From assembly GCA_965213685.1 (NCBI GenBank), contig CBDBZY010000064.1, positions 1,120,001-1,184,000 on the forward strand: 64,000 nucleotides of DNA, given 5' to 3'. The notes under the pieces were generated by a model. That model was given only the letters and a program-made list of their open reading frames with translations, ran no database searches and was not told the DNA's origin. Below are positions 1 to 13,360 of the stretch, one piece after another. The position numbers were made by a program, and so were the translations under genes. Position 1 is the first letter of the stretch. Every line of letters begins with the position of its first letter. The stretch is from a bacterium. GTDB taxonomy: Bacteria > UBA8248.

Positions 1-230
1 TTCGTCCTACTACATTCTTATTTCATGTTTATTAATTTTTATTAATTTTTGATATATTATTTCATATCCCTTATATCTGCATCATACAATTCTTTCTTCT
101 TTCTCACATGTTGCTATACGTGTCCTGAGTCATGGTTCATCCTACTGCATTCTTATTTCACAATTGGTTGCTATATCTGTCACCTGCTTTTGTCAGACAC
201 ATTCCTGTGTCACCTTGTATTGTAGTCCAT

Positions 231-272
231 GTTGCACTGAAGAAGGCTACTGGATAGTGGCTGAAACGTTTG
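231..272 (+). ncRNA. Minimal type-I hammerhead-ribozyme-like motif, probably from a Penelope-like element remnant
   Basis: CTGAAGA-A-[GGCTACT ggat AGTGGCT stem II]-GAAA-CGTT with palindromic AACGTT as the stem III equivalent. Stem I is only about 2 bp. Upstream sequence is T-rich and UTR-like. Confidence 0.55.
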
Positions 273-355
273 ATCCCTAGAAAAGAGTATTCTTGGCTAG
301 AGTAATAACCAATAAATCGAGATGATTGCTCCACCTAGCCACACAGGACTATTCA

Positions 356-870
356 CATTGTGTAGTCTTTATATAACTTGTCTTGCCTGCACACTGCCAT
401 CCTTATACTGTGGGTTTTGGCACTGCCATCCCTATATTTGTCTACATTTTTGGACATTTGTTTATACTTGTGTGTGTGCTTTTCAGTTTGTTGTACAATA
501 GTACACTAAATGAGGATGATATTCTTGCAAGCTTCTTTCAGAATGTGGCAAACAAATCGGTGATCTTACCTACCATAGCTAACACACTCCTTTCAGGCAC
601 AAATCAGTGACCTACGTAGTAGCCTTTGCTACGTCTATATATCAAGTGGGAAATTAATAAGTGTGACTTCACAAGACCAGCCCTCTTGTGCTTACAATAT
701 ATGCCACATGACAATTATCAGAGAGTCAGTAGACTCTATGTAGGAATGGTGTCGATGCGCCCGTAGTGCACATACATTGGAAAGCCTATTTAACTTGGGA
801 ACACTCATGTTTTAGCCTTTCTCGGCATGCGAATGGCCTATTCCACCACTTCTCTATCCAACAATACCCC
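356..870. mobile_element. Two abutting, oppositely oriented fragments of the Helentron-like dispersed repeat
   Basis: 356-715 resembles the reverse complement of the right half of 6589-7770. 719-870 repeats its hairpin terminus (cagagagtcagtagactct..atgtaggaatgg). Confidence 0.7.
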
Positions 871-1009
871 AAAAGTATGCCCAACAACAGGATTTCAGAG
901 CAATACAACAATGAGAGTAGTTTAAAAAAGCAACCAAAGAATAAAAGACATGTATGTGAAGAAAAACAAAAAATGAAAGAAAGAAACAAACAAAGAAACA
1001 GGAACAAAT

Positions 1010-2160
1010 TCTTAGTGAGAGTTTGTGACCTTGCCTTTACAGCAGGCAAGATCTATGCCATCACAATTGATTGGTCTTGCTGGGTAATGCATAGCTGATC
1101 GAGCTCCTCTCAAGCACATGATGGAGGATCGTAGGAGGGACAAGTTTGTGTCTGCATCTAATCCACTGCATTGTCTTGCTGTAGGGGCTGTTATGGTTTT
1201 CAGCAATGAGTGAGGCCAGTCTTTTGTAGACTACCACTGCAGTTGTTTCCATGCCTCTAGCAGTTGAGAACACCAGGGAAGAGAATCTTCCATGCTTTAT
1301 TTCACGGATCTGTTGGTCATATGCCCTTCTCTTCTCCATCTCATTCTTTTAAAGTGAGGTAATTGTAGTGGGTCTGTGGAAAGGGGTTGAATACCCTGAT
1401 ATTAAAAAATGCACATTGCCTACTATTTCCCTCAACAGCTACGTATATTGAGTTGAGCACCATCCTCTCGGTTTGCCATTCTGTGGGATAGCAATAGGCA
1501 ATACTGAAAGCCAACTGGAAGCACCTTTTTCCGAAGACACAGCTAATGCTCTCTGCAAATGTGTGGATAACTGGCTTGCAAATCAGCTGTCACTAGGATG
1601 AGTACTCTTGGCTCTGTTGTAGAATGAAAGCAACTAGAGGTGCACAGATCTCCTCAGACATCTGATTCAGGACTGTTGTCTGCTTGGAGGGGTCAACAAT
1701 TCCGAGTCCCCCTAATCTTGTTGGCAGAGCCATTAGTTCTCTGGCTACATCACTGAAGGGGCTTTGGCAAGTGAGAGATCACTTAATACAAGCAGGCCCA
1801 ATATATGGCTACTATCCCAATCCATCTAAAATTTGGCTGGTAGTCGAAAATGATTATCATGCAGAGGCAGCAACACTCTTTGAAGACTCTGGAGTGGCTG
1901 TCATATCTGAAGGCAGGAGACACCTAGGAGCAGACATTGGGAAGAAAACATTTGTGGAGAGTTACATCCAGCAGAAAGTCTTAACATGGACACATGAAGT
2001 GGAACATCTCGCTTCAATTGCTAAATACATGTATCACCCAGCCACATGCAGCTTATGCTGCCTTCATTTGTGGACTCAGTAGTAAGTGGTGGTATCTAGT
2101 GAAGAACCCTCCCAGGGAAAGCTGATCTATATCAACAAGCAAACATTTCTTCCATACCAT
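1010..2160. mobile_element. CRE-like (restriction-like endonuclease, RLE) non-LTR retrotransposon remnant with an inverted 5' part
   Basis: Minus strand 1010-1748 encodes RELMALPTRLGGLGI and the C-terminal EKRRAYDQQIREI..SLVFST..GM..YKRLASLIA region. Plus strand 1749-2160 encodes the upstream RT C-terminal part GPIYGYYPNPSK..EGRRHLGA. Confidence 0.75.
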
Positions 2161-2506
2161 ACTATATCCAGGTGAACTTAAGACCAATAATATCTGGACA
2201 GTAAATCCTCCCATCTTGGCTCCTCTGCTGATGGAGAGGTGTTCCAGTCGACCCCTAAAGGGGTTCTGACAGCATAAGATTTGGGGGATCTGCCTGTGAG
2301 ATTCGCCAACGACCACTGGTAGTACATAGGAAAGAATGGGGAGATAAACTCTTGTCCTGGGTAATGGCCTGGTGCTTAGTGTACTGGACTCCCAGTCTCT
2401 TGGTCCACATTTGATGCCCGGACGGAAGTTTATCCTTCCTTCCTTTCCTTCTTCACCTGTGTAAGCAGAGTAATTTTTACCATACCATCTCCAGGTGAAC
2501 TAAGAC
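2155..2506 (+). repeat. Terminally redundant ~323-bp unit: structured core plus degenerate tRNA-like domain (unit A)
   Basis: ~30-bp direct repeats at 2155-2184 and 2478-2506. Core 2205-2289 is similar to 23571-23651. Degenerate A/B-box-like tRNA domain at ~2354-2423 is closed by GATAAACT/AGTTTATC. Confidence 0.65.
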
Positions 2507-2765
2507 TTCCTAAATCCTAATACATGCAGAGTTACAACTACAAGATGTTATGCCCACTCATTGTGAGAAATGGTAGCCATACATATGTGGTTGAGAGCTA
2601 GTCCACAGTTGAGGTTGGGGTTTGGATGTGGATTATCTCCAATGTTTTCCTTCTCCATAAGTGGGGCTCAATCTCTCTGATCCTGGTGCCTTCCCAGTGA
2701 CTCTGACTCATTAACTTCTAACCTTTCCACTATGTAATACTCAAATGGCTGTTCTAGCATTGACC

Positions 2766-3057
2766 TAGTCTTTCAAGCTAGACCCTACTCCTAGCGCGAA
2801 GTGCAAGTAGGGTCTAGCAGAGGTCATTAAATTCTGACCAGTCAAATTCAGTAGAGCAGTAATTAGACGTAATATTATCCTCATGTTAAGTATGTGTGAA
2901 ACCACTGCTGGTGCCAATATAGGCCTACATAAAGTAAAGGTATGTGATAAGTGGCTGCATAAGGACATGTCAAACCTCTTGGGCAATGCATACTAATAAC
3001 ATCTGCTAGACCCTACTCACTCTTCGTGCTCGGAGTAGGGTCTAGCTTGATAGACTA
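2766..3057. mobile_element. MITE with TAGTCT..AGACTA ends and 9-bp TSD
   Basis: TSD GCATTGACC at 2757-2765 and 3058-3066. Each TIR holds an internal palindrome (GCTAGACCCTACT..AGTAGGGTCTAGC). A half copy lies at ~53245-53312. Confidence 0.9.
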
Positions 3058-3124
3058 GCATTGACCACACACCCAGATGTCTGGGCAGAGCCAGTTTTAG
3101 ATGTATCACATCCTACACCATCAT

Positions 3125-3450
3125 TGCATAACTTACCTGTCACTCTCCCTGTATATGATGAGTGACTGAATTTACCAATTCTTCTTTGCCCCTCAACCTC
3201 AGTGGCATTTAACCTTCCTAACCTCCCACAAATCGGATATGTATTCTTTCACAATGTTTTCTTCCCATAGTTCACATCCTAGCACAAATGAAGTCTTCTC
3301 AACATCACTCAAAGAATCAAAACCCTTCAAAGTCTCTCCTAGCAAGTTCATAAGTAGCTATAAATGCATACCTACTGTCTTTATACACTGGACACTCCCA
3401 AAGAACATGAACCACACTCTCACACTCAAAAGCATCACATAGTGTACACT
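3125..3450 (-). mobile_element. Degenerate LINE C-terminal fragment, same family as 46616-47455
   Basis: Shares blocks such as accttcctaacctcccacaaatcg and acactccca with 46740-47120. Confidence 0.65.
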
Positions 3451-4279
3451 CTGTCTTGCTCCCCTGTAGCAATGAGCTTCTATCAGGTTATCAAGTATTG
3501 CTCCATTCAATGGTGGAAATGAAGACTACGACTAATGTAGTACATTTAACAAATGGCAAAAATGGAATTGAACACATCTGACTTTCTCAAGTGGCCTTGT
3601 TGAACAGACCTTACAATAAAAGGAGAGGAAGATGGTTTGCAAATTGTCTGGCAAGTTTTCCTTTGTAATATCGTACAACTTCTTATACATAAAACAACTG
3701 ATGTTCTTTCATGTGTACTATTCATGGGATGATCCCTATATACTCATTTGGATATCCAATGTCCAGACCATATTAATCAAGTACTGACAAGCATAAGGAC
3801 AAAAAGCAATGAAAAGCACTAAGGTGCAAACCCTCGGCGCAGTTGCATTGCATGGTACAACAGCCTGCACAGATGAAGCAAGCATTATTGGTGTAAGTTC
3901 ACTCAATTGGGCTCCTAGTGTCCTGCCTTGTCTGGCATTTTGTTCACGTTGCAATGTTTCGTATACTCTCCGTTTCACGTCCGTACAGCCAGTGCGATAA
4001 TGGTCCCGCGTAAGCACATGCGTGTACTAGACTCTAGCATGTGCACATGTATACGCATACAACAAAAACTGACATACATGTAGTACAGTAACAATCATAT
4101 AACTTGGTGAGGCTAACTGGTTGCTACATATACTAGCTTTGTGTAGCTACTAGTCATTGGTCACCATTCAAGTGCATATATACATGTATATATATATAGC
4201 ATCATCAAACAAACAGGGTTAGTACAAACAACGTAAAATCTACACAAACTCTGGTGACAGCTTTGTACGAAACGTGCAC

Positions 4280-5560
4280 CTATACGAGTGTTCCTTCAAC
4301 TGGGTCTATTGCATATGCATTACTAAGTCTCCTCTCTGTTGGTACTGTAGAAGTGTCTCCCTCTTCCCTTGCAATTATCTCAACAGTCATTTGGCTCTGT
4401 GCGGGAACCCTAGAAGTGTCTCCATCTTGTGAGAGTAACTCAATGGAAGTTAATCTGGTCGTTTGACATTGGCTCTGCATTGGTGCTTGTGAGTCTGACG
4501 ATTCTTCCTGCGTTACCCCAGCACAGAAGTGTCCACATGTAAGAATGTAAATAAAATAATAAGGATAGCGACGAATGCTACGCCTTGTCAGAGACTGAAT
4601 GATAGGGTTGATTGCAGCATTTGAAATTATAGTGACAAAACCTATTAGGGGAATGGCTGGTGGAATATTCTCATAACCAACAAAGAATCCTGCAAAAACT
4701 ATTAAAATACCAGGAGTAAAGCAGACCAGTTGTGAAACAAGCAAGAGCGAGAATACTCTTGTAAGAGTTCTCTCATGTTGCTGTTTCTTTACATTCAGTT
4801 CAAAAAGATCTTGTCGTGTTATGGTAAATTGTTTTTGCCTCTTATGTCTTCTCTTTAAGAAGCGCTTCACGTATATCCAAGTCCATAAAGTGAACACGAT
4901 AATAGCTGTAATTGGTAGCAGAGCTTCAATGCCCACTACCACAACATACACTCGTTGTCCTATCCATCCAAAAGTGCAAACTCCCAGGGTGTCTGAATAT
5001 CTCAGCTCACCAAATCCATACAAGGGAGTAGAAGCAAGAATAAGGGGCACAATAGAGACAATGCTTGCCAAAAGAAGAGCCCTCCATGGTTTCATCCACT
5101 GCTCATACTTCACAGCAAACACAATGTAAAGGAAGCGGTCAAATGACACCAGTGCTAGCAGATGAATGGTTAGAAACAGGAATACAGACAGAAAAAGACC
5201 AACGGCTGTACACACTCCCTGTCTAGTCTCGTCTGTGTCTCCGAATATCCACCCTCCTCCAATCAACGCAGCCGTGTAAAACGGTATAGACAAAAGTGCT
5301 TCCAGAAAATCAACTACACCTAGTCCTAGTAGAAACACTGATGACGGCTGTTGTAGCAGTTTTCTGTCCTTTATAAATATGCCAATCACCAAAATGTTCC
5401 ACGAGAAGGCCAAGACAAAGATGACAACGTACGCGAGGGCAATAACCCCGGCAACGGGTTCACTGTGCGGTATCTGCCACATACACTCGTTCAGGCGTGA
5501 AGAGATCTCACATCCACAACCTCCCGAGCCATTCTTCCAGTCACAGCCAGAGACATTCAT
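4280..5560 (-). CDS. Intronless rhodopsin-class (class A) GPCR, orphan
   Basis: 426-aa ORF with seven hydrophobic segments, TM1 Asn (WNILV), TM2 Asp (LGVVD), DRF at the end of TM3, ECL2 Cys, CFTP in TM6, NPIIQ in TM7 and N-terminal N-glycosylation sequons. Confidence 0.95.
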   Translation of the reverse strand: MNVSGCDWKNGSGGCGCEISSRLNECMWQIPHSEPVAGVIALAYVVIFVLAFSWNILVIGIFIKDRKLLQQPSSVFLLGLGVVDFLEALLSIPFYTAALIGGGWIFGDTDETRQGVCTAVGLFLSVFLFLTIHLLALVSFDRFLYIVFAVKYEQWMKPWRALLLASIVSIVPLILASTPLYGFGELRYSDTLGVCTFGWIGQRVYVVVVGIEALLPITAIIVFTLWTWIYVKRFLKRRHKRQKQFTITRQDLFELNVKKQQHERTLTRVFSLLLVSQLVCFTPGILIVFAGFFVGYENIPPAIPLIGFVTIISNAAINPIIQSLTRRSIRRYPYYFIYILTCGHFCAGVTQEESSDSQAPMQSQCQTTRLTSIELLSQDGDTSRVPAQSQMTVEIIAREEGDTSTVPTERRLSNAYAIDPVEGTLV

Positions 5561-6588
5561 TTTGTAACAGTACTAGTGGGATGATGACCTTCGGCGGACG
5601 TCGTACCTAATGAATACACGCAAGTCTCGATCCCGGCCATATCCCGTCCCCACCCCGTCACGTGCGCCCACACGGAATCTAGATATCTCGTTATGAGATT
5701 AAAATTGCGGGTTCATCCCAAGCTAAGTGCCGCGTTAACCCTCTCTTCGCGCACTTTCACAGCCACTGAAACACAAGTATGCAGCACCTCGAGGTAAAGA
5801 AAGTAGATGTCTAATACTGGTATAGCTTCATACGCAAAATGCGCATTTTGGCCCATGTGTAGCGGCGTAGGGGGAAGTAGACTGTCAAAACTAAGAGCTC
5901 TTCTCACACGTTTGAAGTAACGGAGGACAGAGGCCTAAATTTGCAGGGTTCATAGAGAGGGTTGCACCTGGGATTCCCCCCTGAAAATCTCTAACATCAT
6001 TAGATTTTAAGCATTGTGATAGCAGACGGGAATTGGTAGAGCATCCGTTTCCATAGGAATTTATAGCTACTCACGAGTCGGCTTAGTTCATACAAATTGT
6101 GGCACTGCAGAAAGTGTTGCACAATCCTAATTTGTGTTACAAACTAATTGGCTGCTTAGTACTTCGAGTCAGTGTTTGGTGCAATGTGAGCTTTGATCTA
6201 AAATACCAAAGGATCTAACACAGACTGCCAGTTGTGCTTACAGAATTATTCTGAGCTCCAGTTATCTCTAATTGTGCATGATTATGATGGCACAAGTACA
6301 CGTACACAGATGGAGTGCAGTGATGTGAATCAGTAAATAGGTTTAAGATAAGTCAATGGAGAGAGTGATATGTACTTCTGGCAGCTGTGGAGGAGCCTGC
6401 AAGGATATTGTGAACATCACTTTTCGAACTTTGTGTATACGTCTTTTGTGAGCGTATAGTGAAGAATGGAGCTGGGAATGGATGTGGTACAAGCCATATA
6501 ATAAGAAGTATCAGCATTCCTGAAGTTCCAGATAACTTTCACATTGAGATACTATACAATGAAGCACTTAATAACTCTAAATGTTGTA

Positions 6589-7770
6589 ATCAGAGAGTCG
6601 GTAGACTCTCTATGTAGGGATGGCGCCGACACGCCCATAGTGCGTGTACATAGGAAAGCCTCCTTAACTCGCGAACGCTCGCGTTCTAAGCCTTTCTGGG
6701 CCCCTAGCTATTCTATTCCAGTGGTTCGCTACCCAACAATACCCCCCAAGTAGCTAAAATGCATCCCTTGACTTACTACCAGAAAACTCTCCAAAGGTCG
6801 TTTTGTCTTTCTTCCTATTCTTCTTCTTCTTCTTCTTCTTAAGAGACTTCTTTAGACTAACGTATCTCAAAACTGGCTGAAGTAATCACCGTAGTTCTTT
6901 CACGGATCCACTGTAATCACTACCAAGTACGATCTGTGCTAATAAAACTCTTAGTACGTTCCCAAATGGGCAGAAACTAGAAGTCCCCGACAACTTCCCA
7001 TATTTGGGAAACCATTTTGTAATAGTTACTGTCACGTGGCGCAAACGGTAAGCACGTGAGGGCGGGCCTCGCGAAGCGTTAAGCCACGCCTATTAATTAT
7101 AGGTTCGCGAGACGTAGCAAAGGCTGCTTCATATCTGATGGCGCGTTCGAGCTGCGTCTTACTTCACTATACTATTATGTAGCGGGGATGAGTTGGCCAG
7201 TTAGATACAGTGAGGTACATATGTAGCTACTCTAGCTCAAGAATTTTTAGAGGGGCTCAGCCCCCCAACTTCAGAAATGATGGTGTTCAAGCCCCGCCTT
7301 AGCAATGGCTCTTATGACCACTGATTTGTTTGCTGGAATCTGAAAGAAGCTTCAGTGGCAAGAACAATCTACCTTTTAATGGTACCCTTGTGCTAAAAAA
7401 GGGATGCAAACAAGTATATAAAACATTTTCAAAAAATGTATAGGGATGTAGGGATGGCCATGCCAAAAACTACAGAAACTAGGTGTAGGGATGGCAGTGT
7501 GCAGGGAAGACATGTTATACAAAGACTACACAACTAACCCCATCCCTACATCTTTTTTTTTGGCTCAAAAATTGCTCTTCCCAGTAATCTTGTAGCAAAA
7601 CTCGCAGAATGATTTCAGATATAAAAAAAGATGTAGGGATGGGGTTAGTTGTGTAGTCTTTGTATAACATGTCTTCCCTGCACACTGCCATCCCTACACC
7701 TAGTTTCTGTAGTTTTTGGCATGGCCATCCCTACATCCCTATACATTTTTTGAAAATGTTTTATATACTT
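6589..7770. mobile_element. Near-complete copy of a non-autonomous Helentron/Helitron2-like dispersed element
   Basis: Terminal hairpin AGAGAGTC-ggta-GACTCTCT (6592-6611) next to ATGTAGGGATGG. That motif recurs in both orientations at the other end. At least 8 partial copies occur elsewhere in the window. Confidence 0.7.
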
Positions 7771-8127
7771 TAATTACATGTTTGCATATAACTCTATTAT
7801 CCAAAAGGGACTGGAGACAAGTAAATTGAAAAGATTGCAAATTGCGGAGGGGAGGGATTACATGAAAAGGTATGGAGACATGGCCTGGATGCAGAGTACA
7901 TGCTATAATAGACATGGGAACAATGACACGAGTATGCCATGTCTGATTACGTAATACAAGCCCACTGTTGAGCAGGTCCATATAGGAGTACCACCTAGGA
8001 AATCACAGTTCTGCATATGTGGAAATATGACAGAGACAACTAATGACCACGAACAGCACCACGAAAAGGATCAAAATACCTGTTGTTACACTCATTGTGC
8101 AATCCCTATATTACCCTCCATAAGTTG

Positions 8128-10585
8128 TGTCACGCCGTAGACGGTCCCCCGCCAAAGTTGGTCCCCCCGGACCATCCGTGGCTGCCGTATCTGGTCCCCT
8201 CTTGCCGTACTTGGTCCCACCCTCCTATTTTCTAATAATGGCTTTATAATAATTATTGTCTTTTGGATTGTGTTGTGTTGTTATACCGTTTGTTTGTTGT
8301 ACTGCCAGGCCTACATTGATAATGTTAACCGAATGTAACCGAAGCACGTCAGCTGTACTGCGAAAGGCTAGGTCAAAGGTAGAAGCGATCCAATGAGATC
8401 CATGATGATCCCAGGCGCAAGTTCTACCGCTGGTGCTTCACTTTACTGAAGATCCAGTCATGGATGCCAAGACAGAGTTGCTGCAGAATGCTGTGTTAGT
8501 GTTTCATCTTTTGCTTGGAAAGTCATCTTGGTTTTGGAGTCATCTTGGTTTTGTACAGCATGTTCACAAAGGAAGTGATTGCTTTTGTAACCTACAGCAT
8601 TGTTGTAGTGGTAAATGTTGCATATGATTTACAAACTCTACAATTCATTAATTAACGAGTTATGATCAAGCAACTACATACATGTAGTAGGTTCACATTA
8701 ACTGGCATTCGTCTGCAACTCGCGCTGTACTAATAAGAATGAGCAACCTTTATGCAGATACCAAAACCTTCTGGAAATCTGTGAAACTTTTAAACAAAAA
8801 TCGGGATACCATACCACCCCTGCAATGTTCTGATGATATATTTGCTGCAAGTGACAGAGACAAGGCAAATATGTTAAATGATTTCTTTGCTACATGCTGG
8901 AACATATCTCAACCCCCTCTAAGTGAGGATATGTTCTGCGCAATGCTCTCTGATATTCCACATGAATGTACAGTGTCTCCTGATGAAGTTTTGAAATGCC
9001 TCAATGTAAAAAAGGCAAGTTTGATGGTGTAGATGGAATATCAGCATATATGTTCAAAGCAACAGCTGAAAGCATAGCCTCTCCTCTAGCAAAAGTCTTT
9101 AGCCTGTCTCTCTTCTGTAAAGTTCCCTATGCTGTGGAAGTCAGCTCGTGTTGTTCCCATCCTAAAGTCAGGCAACAGATCAGATGTATCTAGCTACAGA
9201 CCAATTTCTCTGCTACCTATTGTTAGCAAGATGCTGGAAAGATATGTGTACACATTACTGTGGGATCATCTGATCAATCATGCTCCTCTCTCTGTCAATC
9301 AATGGGGCTTTCAATCAGGAAGGTCCACTGTAACATCACTACTTGCAACTTCTCATGATTGGCATAGATTTCTGGATCAGCGGAAGGATGTCATGTGCAT
9401 CTTCCTTGACTTTCGGAAAGCCTTTGATACTGTTCCCCATCACAGACTCATGACAAGACTGGTTGAACTTGGAATACACCCTACTCTTTTAGCTTGGCTG
9501 TGTAGCTATCTGAGCAGAATATGTCAACATGTTGTAAATGGTCAATCCTCCTCATAATACGTACTATCAGGTGTACCACAAGGCTCTGTTTTAGGGCAAC
9601 ATCTCTATGTGGACGTCAATTAATCTGATGTCTCTGAATACTGAGAAGTGCAAATGTATGCTGTTAACAAATAAAAGGAACTCCGACAACCCACCACTTT
9701 TGCTGAACAATAAAGTTCTTGAACAGGTAAAACAATACAAATATCTTGGTGTCACCTTTCATCTATCCTTCGCTGTTCCCCACATATTGAGCGAATTTGC
9801 AAATCTGCAAGAAAGAAGTTGGGAAAAATTTATAGAAACTTTTCAAACACTTCCTCATCACCTCACGTTATTCTACATCTGTATTTGTCACTCATTTGTC
9901 CATCACTTGAGTACGCTTCTCAGGTCTGGGACCCCCACTCATCAAAGGACGTTAAGGTTCTTGAGAACATTCAAAAGTTTGCTTTGAGGATTGCCACAAA
10001 ACAGTACTATGAAAGATGAAATTTTACTTAACACATTTCAGCTCCCATCTTTGGCAAACAGAAGGAACTTCTTATCATTATGTACATTTTTTAGTATTGT
10101 AAACGATTTTGTTTATTTTCCACCACTACAAGGTACACCAAAACCTCTTCAAACTCACCATCCTCACCGGCACCACCATCACCGAGCACTCATGGTCCCT
10201 TTTGCCAACCATACCACTTTGTTATCATCATTTCTTTTTAAATGTGCCAAGCTTTGGAATAACCTACCTCATGATGCTGTCTCAGCCAGTAATATACGTA
10301 ATTGTTACTTATATCTCCTTAATGTATTTATTGTTTTGGTTGCACTTGTATATTAGCTTACAGCTATTAGTGCTGCCTTGCCATGTGCAGAAAGTTATTA
10401 TAAAGAACTTTATGGGGTACGTAACTGCCAAGGCAACAACATACAAGCTCCAGTAAGAATGAACGAGCTTTTGATACAAGGGTGGGGGGCCACTTACGGC
10501 GCCACGGACGGTCCTAGGGGGGACCAAATATTCCGCCGTGGACGGTCCGGGGAGACCAAGTATTCTACTGTGGACGGTCCGAGGG
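8128..10585. mobile_element. DNA-transposon remnant with GGACGGTCC-type subterminal repeats, interrupted by a LINE
   Basis: Inverted clusters of gacggtcc/ggtcccc repeats at 8128-8220 and 10484-10585. The right terminus and TSD were not recovered. Confidence 0.5.
8700..10330 (+). mobile_element. CR1/L2-type LINE reverse transcriptase pseudogene, 5'-truncated and frameshifted
   Basis: Overlapping ORFs give WKSARVVPILKSG..YRPISLLPIVSKMLER, QWGF, FLDFRKAFDTVPH, SGVPQGSVLG, YKYLGV, LEYASQVWDP and LWNNLP. Confidence 0.92.
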
Positions 10586-10686
10586 GCGAATTTTTATCTG
10601 ACGCACCCCTTTCGAACTTTATAGAAATGCTTTAGCGTGAGGTCAAGGTTCACAATAAAGTTTGGAGGTGCGCGCAGCCGCAGTTG

Positions 10687-11290
10687 CAGCTACTACGAGA
10701 CGAAAGAGACACTTTCTCTGATGGAACTTTCTACTGGCCTTGTTGCAGCTAGACCATGGGCGTATGCACGTGGCAGAGCGGACGGATACTCTTCTACTGA
10801 GTCGTTTCCTATCTGAGATGGTGGGATGGGTAGCCCTTTCAGTACATGTTGCCGACAGCTACAGGTCAGGTGGAGGACAAGAAGCTGCAGGAACACTGCC
10901 TGAACGCTCTTTGTGTTTTTATGGGTACGGTGGGCATTATCTGGGGTCGAATGTTCACTGATGGATGCGTCAAGGGAAGTAGGACAGGGCTGCGCGACAG
11001 CTACTACGAGACGAAGGAGACATTTTCTCTGATGGTGTTTAAGTTTTGAATATCGACGGGAGGCACAAACCTGCTTATTCTCGCGAGACTAAAACCTGCT
11101 ATGCTGAACTTCTACTGGCCTTGTTGCAGCTAGACGTCACGTGGCAGAGCAGACGGATACTCTTCTACCGAGTCGCTTCCTATCTGTCATGGCAGGATGG
11201 ATAGCCCCTTCAGCACATGTTGCCGACTGCTACAGGTCAGGTAGAGGACAAGGAGCTGCAGGAACACTGCCTGAACGCTGTTTGTTTTTG
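10687..11290. repeat. Imperfect tandem duplication of a ~230-bp block
   Basis: cagctactacgagacgaa..ctactggccttgttgcagctagac..ggaacactgcctgaacgct at 10687-10910 and again at 10998-11280, the second copy with an insertion. Confidence 0.8.
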
Positions 11291-12288
11291 TATGTTCGGT
11301 TGATTTATATTTTAATTATCATGCATACCCCACAGCTGGCACAGGTCAGTCACTACATGAACTATAAGGGCTTTTTGTATTGTATACCACCATCTGCATT
11401 ACTTATCTCCTCTCACTGGGGGCTAGTAAACTTTAGTCACTTTGGTCAGTGTGTTTATAACACAGACAACATGATGTGACAGGTGAGCTTCTTGTTTCTT
11501 ACATGGGGGGTAAGAGTGGGGGGGGGGGACAGCAGGAGTGGCCATATCCCCCCACTTTTCAGCTATTGTACAGTGCTCCACAGGAAGAGACCGAAAACCA
11601 CTTTTTTCAACATTCTGTGCATTTATTCTGTGATGGTACATGGTAGTGGGACAAGCTCTATATCAAACTAATCCTCCAACATTGGGGAATAATTGGATAC
11701 GTTATCATCTTGTCATGTGACTTTCACGTGGAGAAAATGGCAGTGACATCAACACAATTCGGGAGGACGATTTAGGCATGGGATTTTTCTAAACATAGGA
11801 GTTAAGGTCTGAAAATGCGGCACAGTATTTATACTCATAAGTAGTATATGTGAACCCACTTTCATCAAGCAGACCCCAGCCACTTCTGCATGGCGACGGA
11901 AAATGGTGGTTTCGGAGGACCTCTGGCGTTAGGCACGGGAAATGGTCAATACTAGTAGTTAGGCCCAAACCTTTATGTATGCATTCTAAAGTCCTTATAC
12001 TTTCATCGCATACTAACCTTCATTTGCACTCTCGAAGTGTATTCCCACGAGCGCACCGGGGGGAGCAATAATGGGCAATTTTGGGGGGCCCGGACCATTT
12101 ATCGCGTGACAGCAATTTTCACCAGCTCGTATTTGCAAGAATTGTACGAAGCCAGATCACCTGTACCACACTTACTGTCAGTACTCACATTGCAGGCGAT
12201 GTGAAGGTTACGAGGAACAGGAGGAGAGCGAGGAGTGGTTTCAAGTCGTTCCAATTGTTGCTCACCTAACGCGTTGGTACAGAGCGTC

Positions 12289-13360
<1,072 letters not shown>

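Noticed and set aside
2205-2289. C/D-box snoRNA (TGATGG..CTGA)
   Set aside because: Box C is imperfect and lies in a hairpin loop, and the terminal stem is not conserved in the second copy.
4280-5560. Opsin
   Set aside because: There is no lysine at the retinal-binding position in TM7 (Ile six residues before the NP asparagine).
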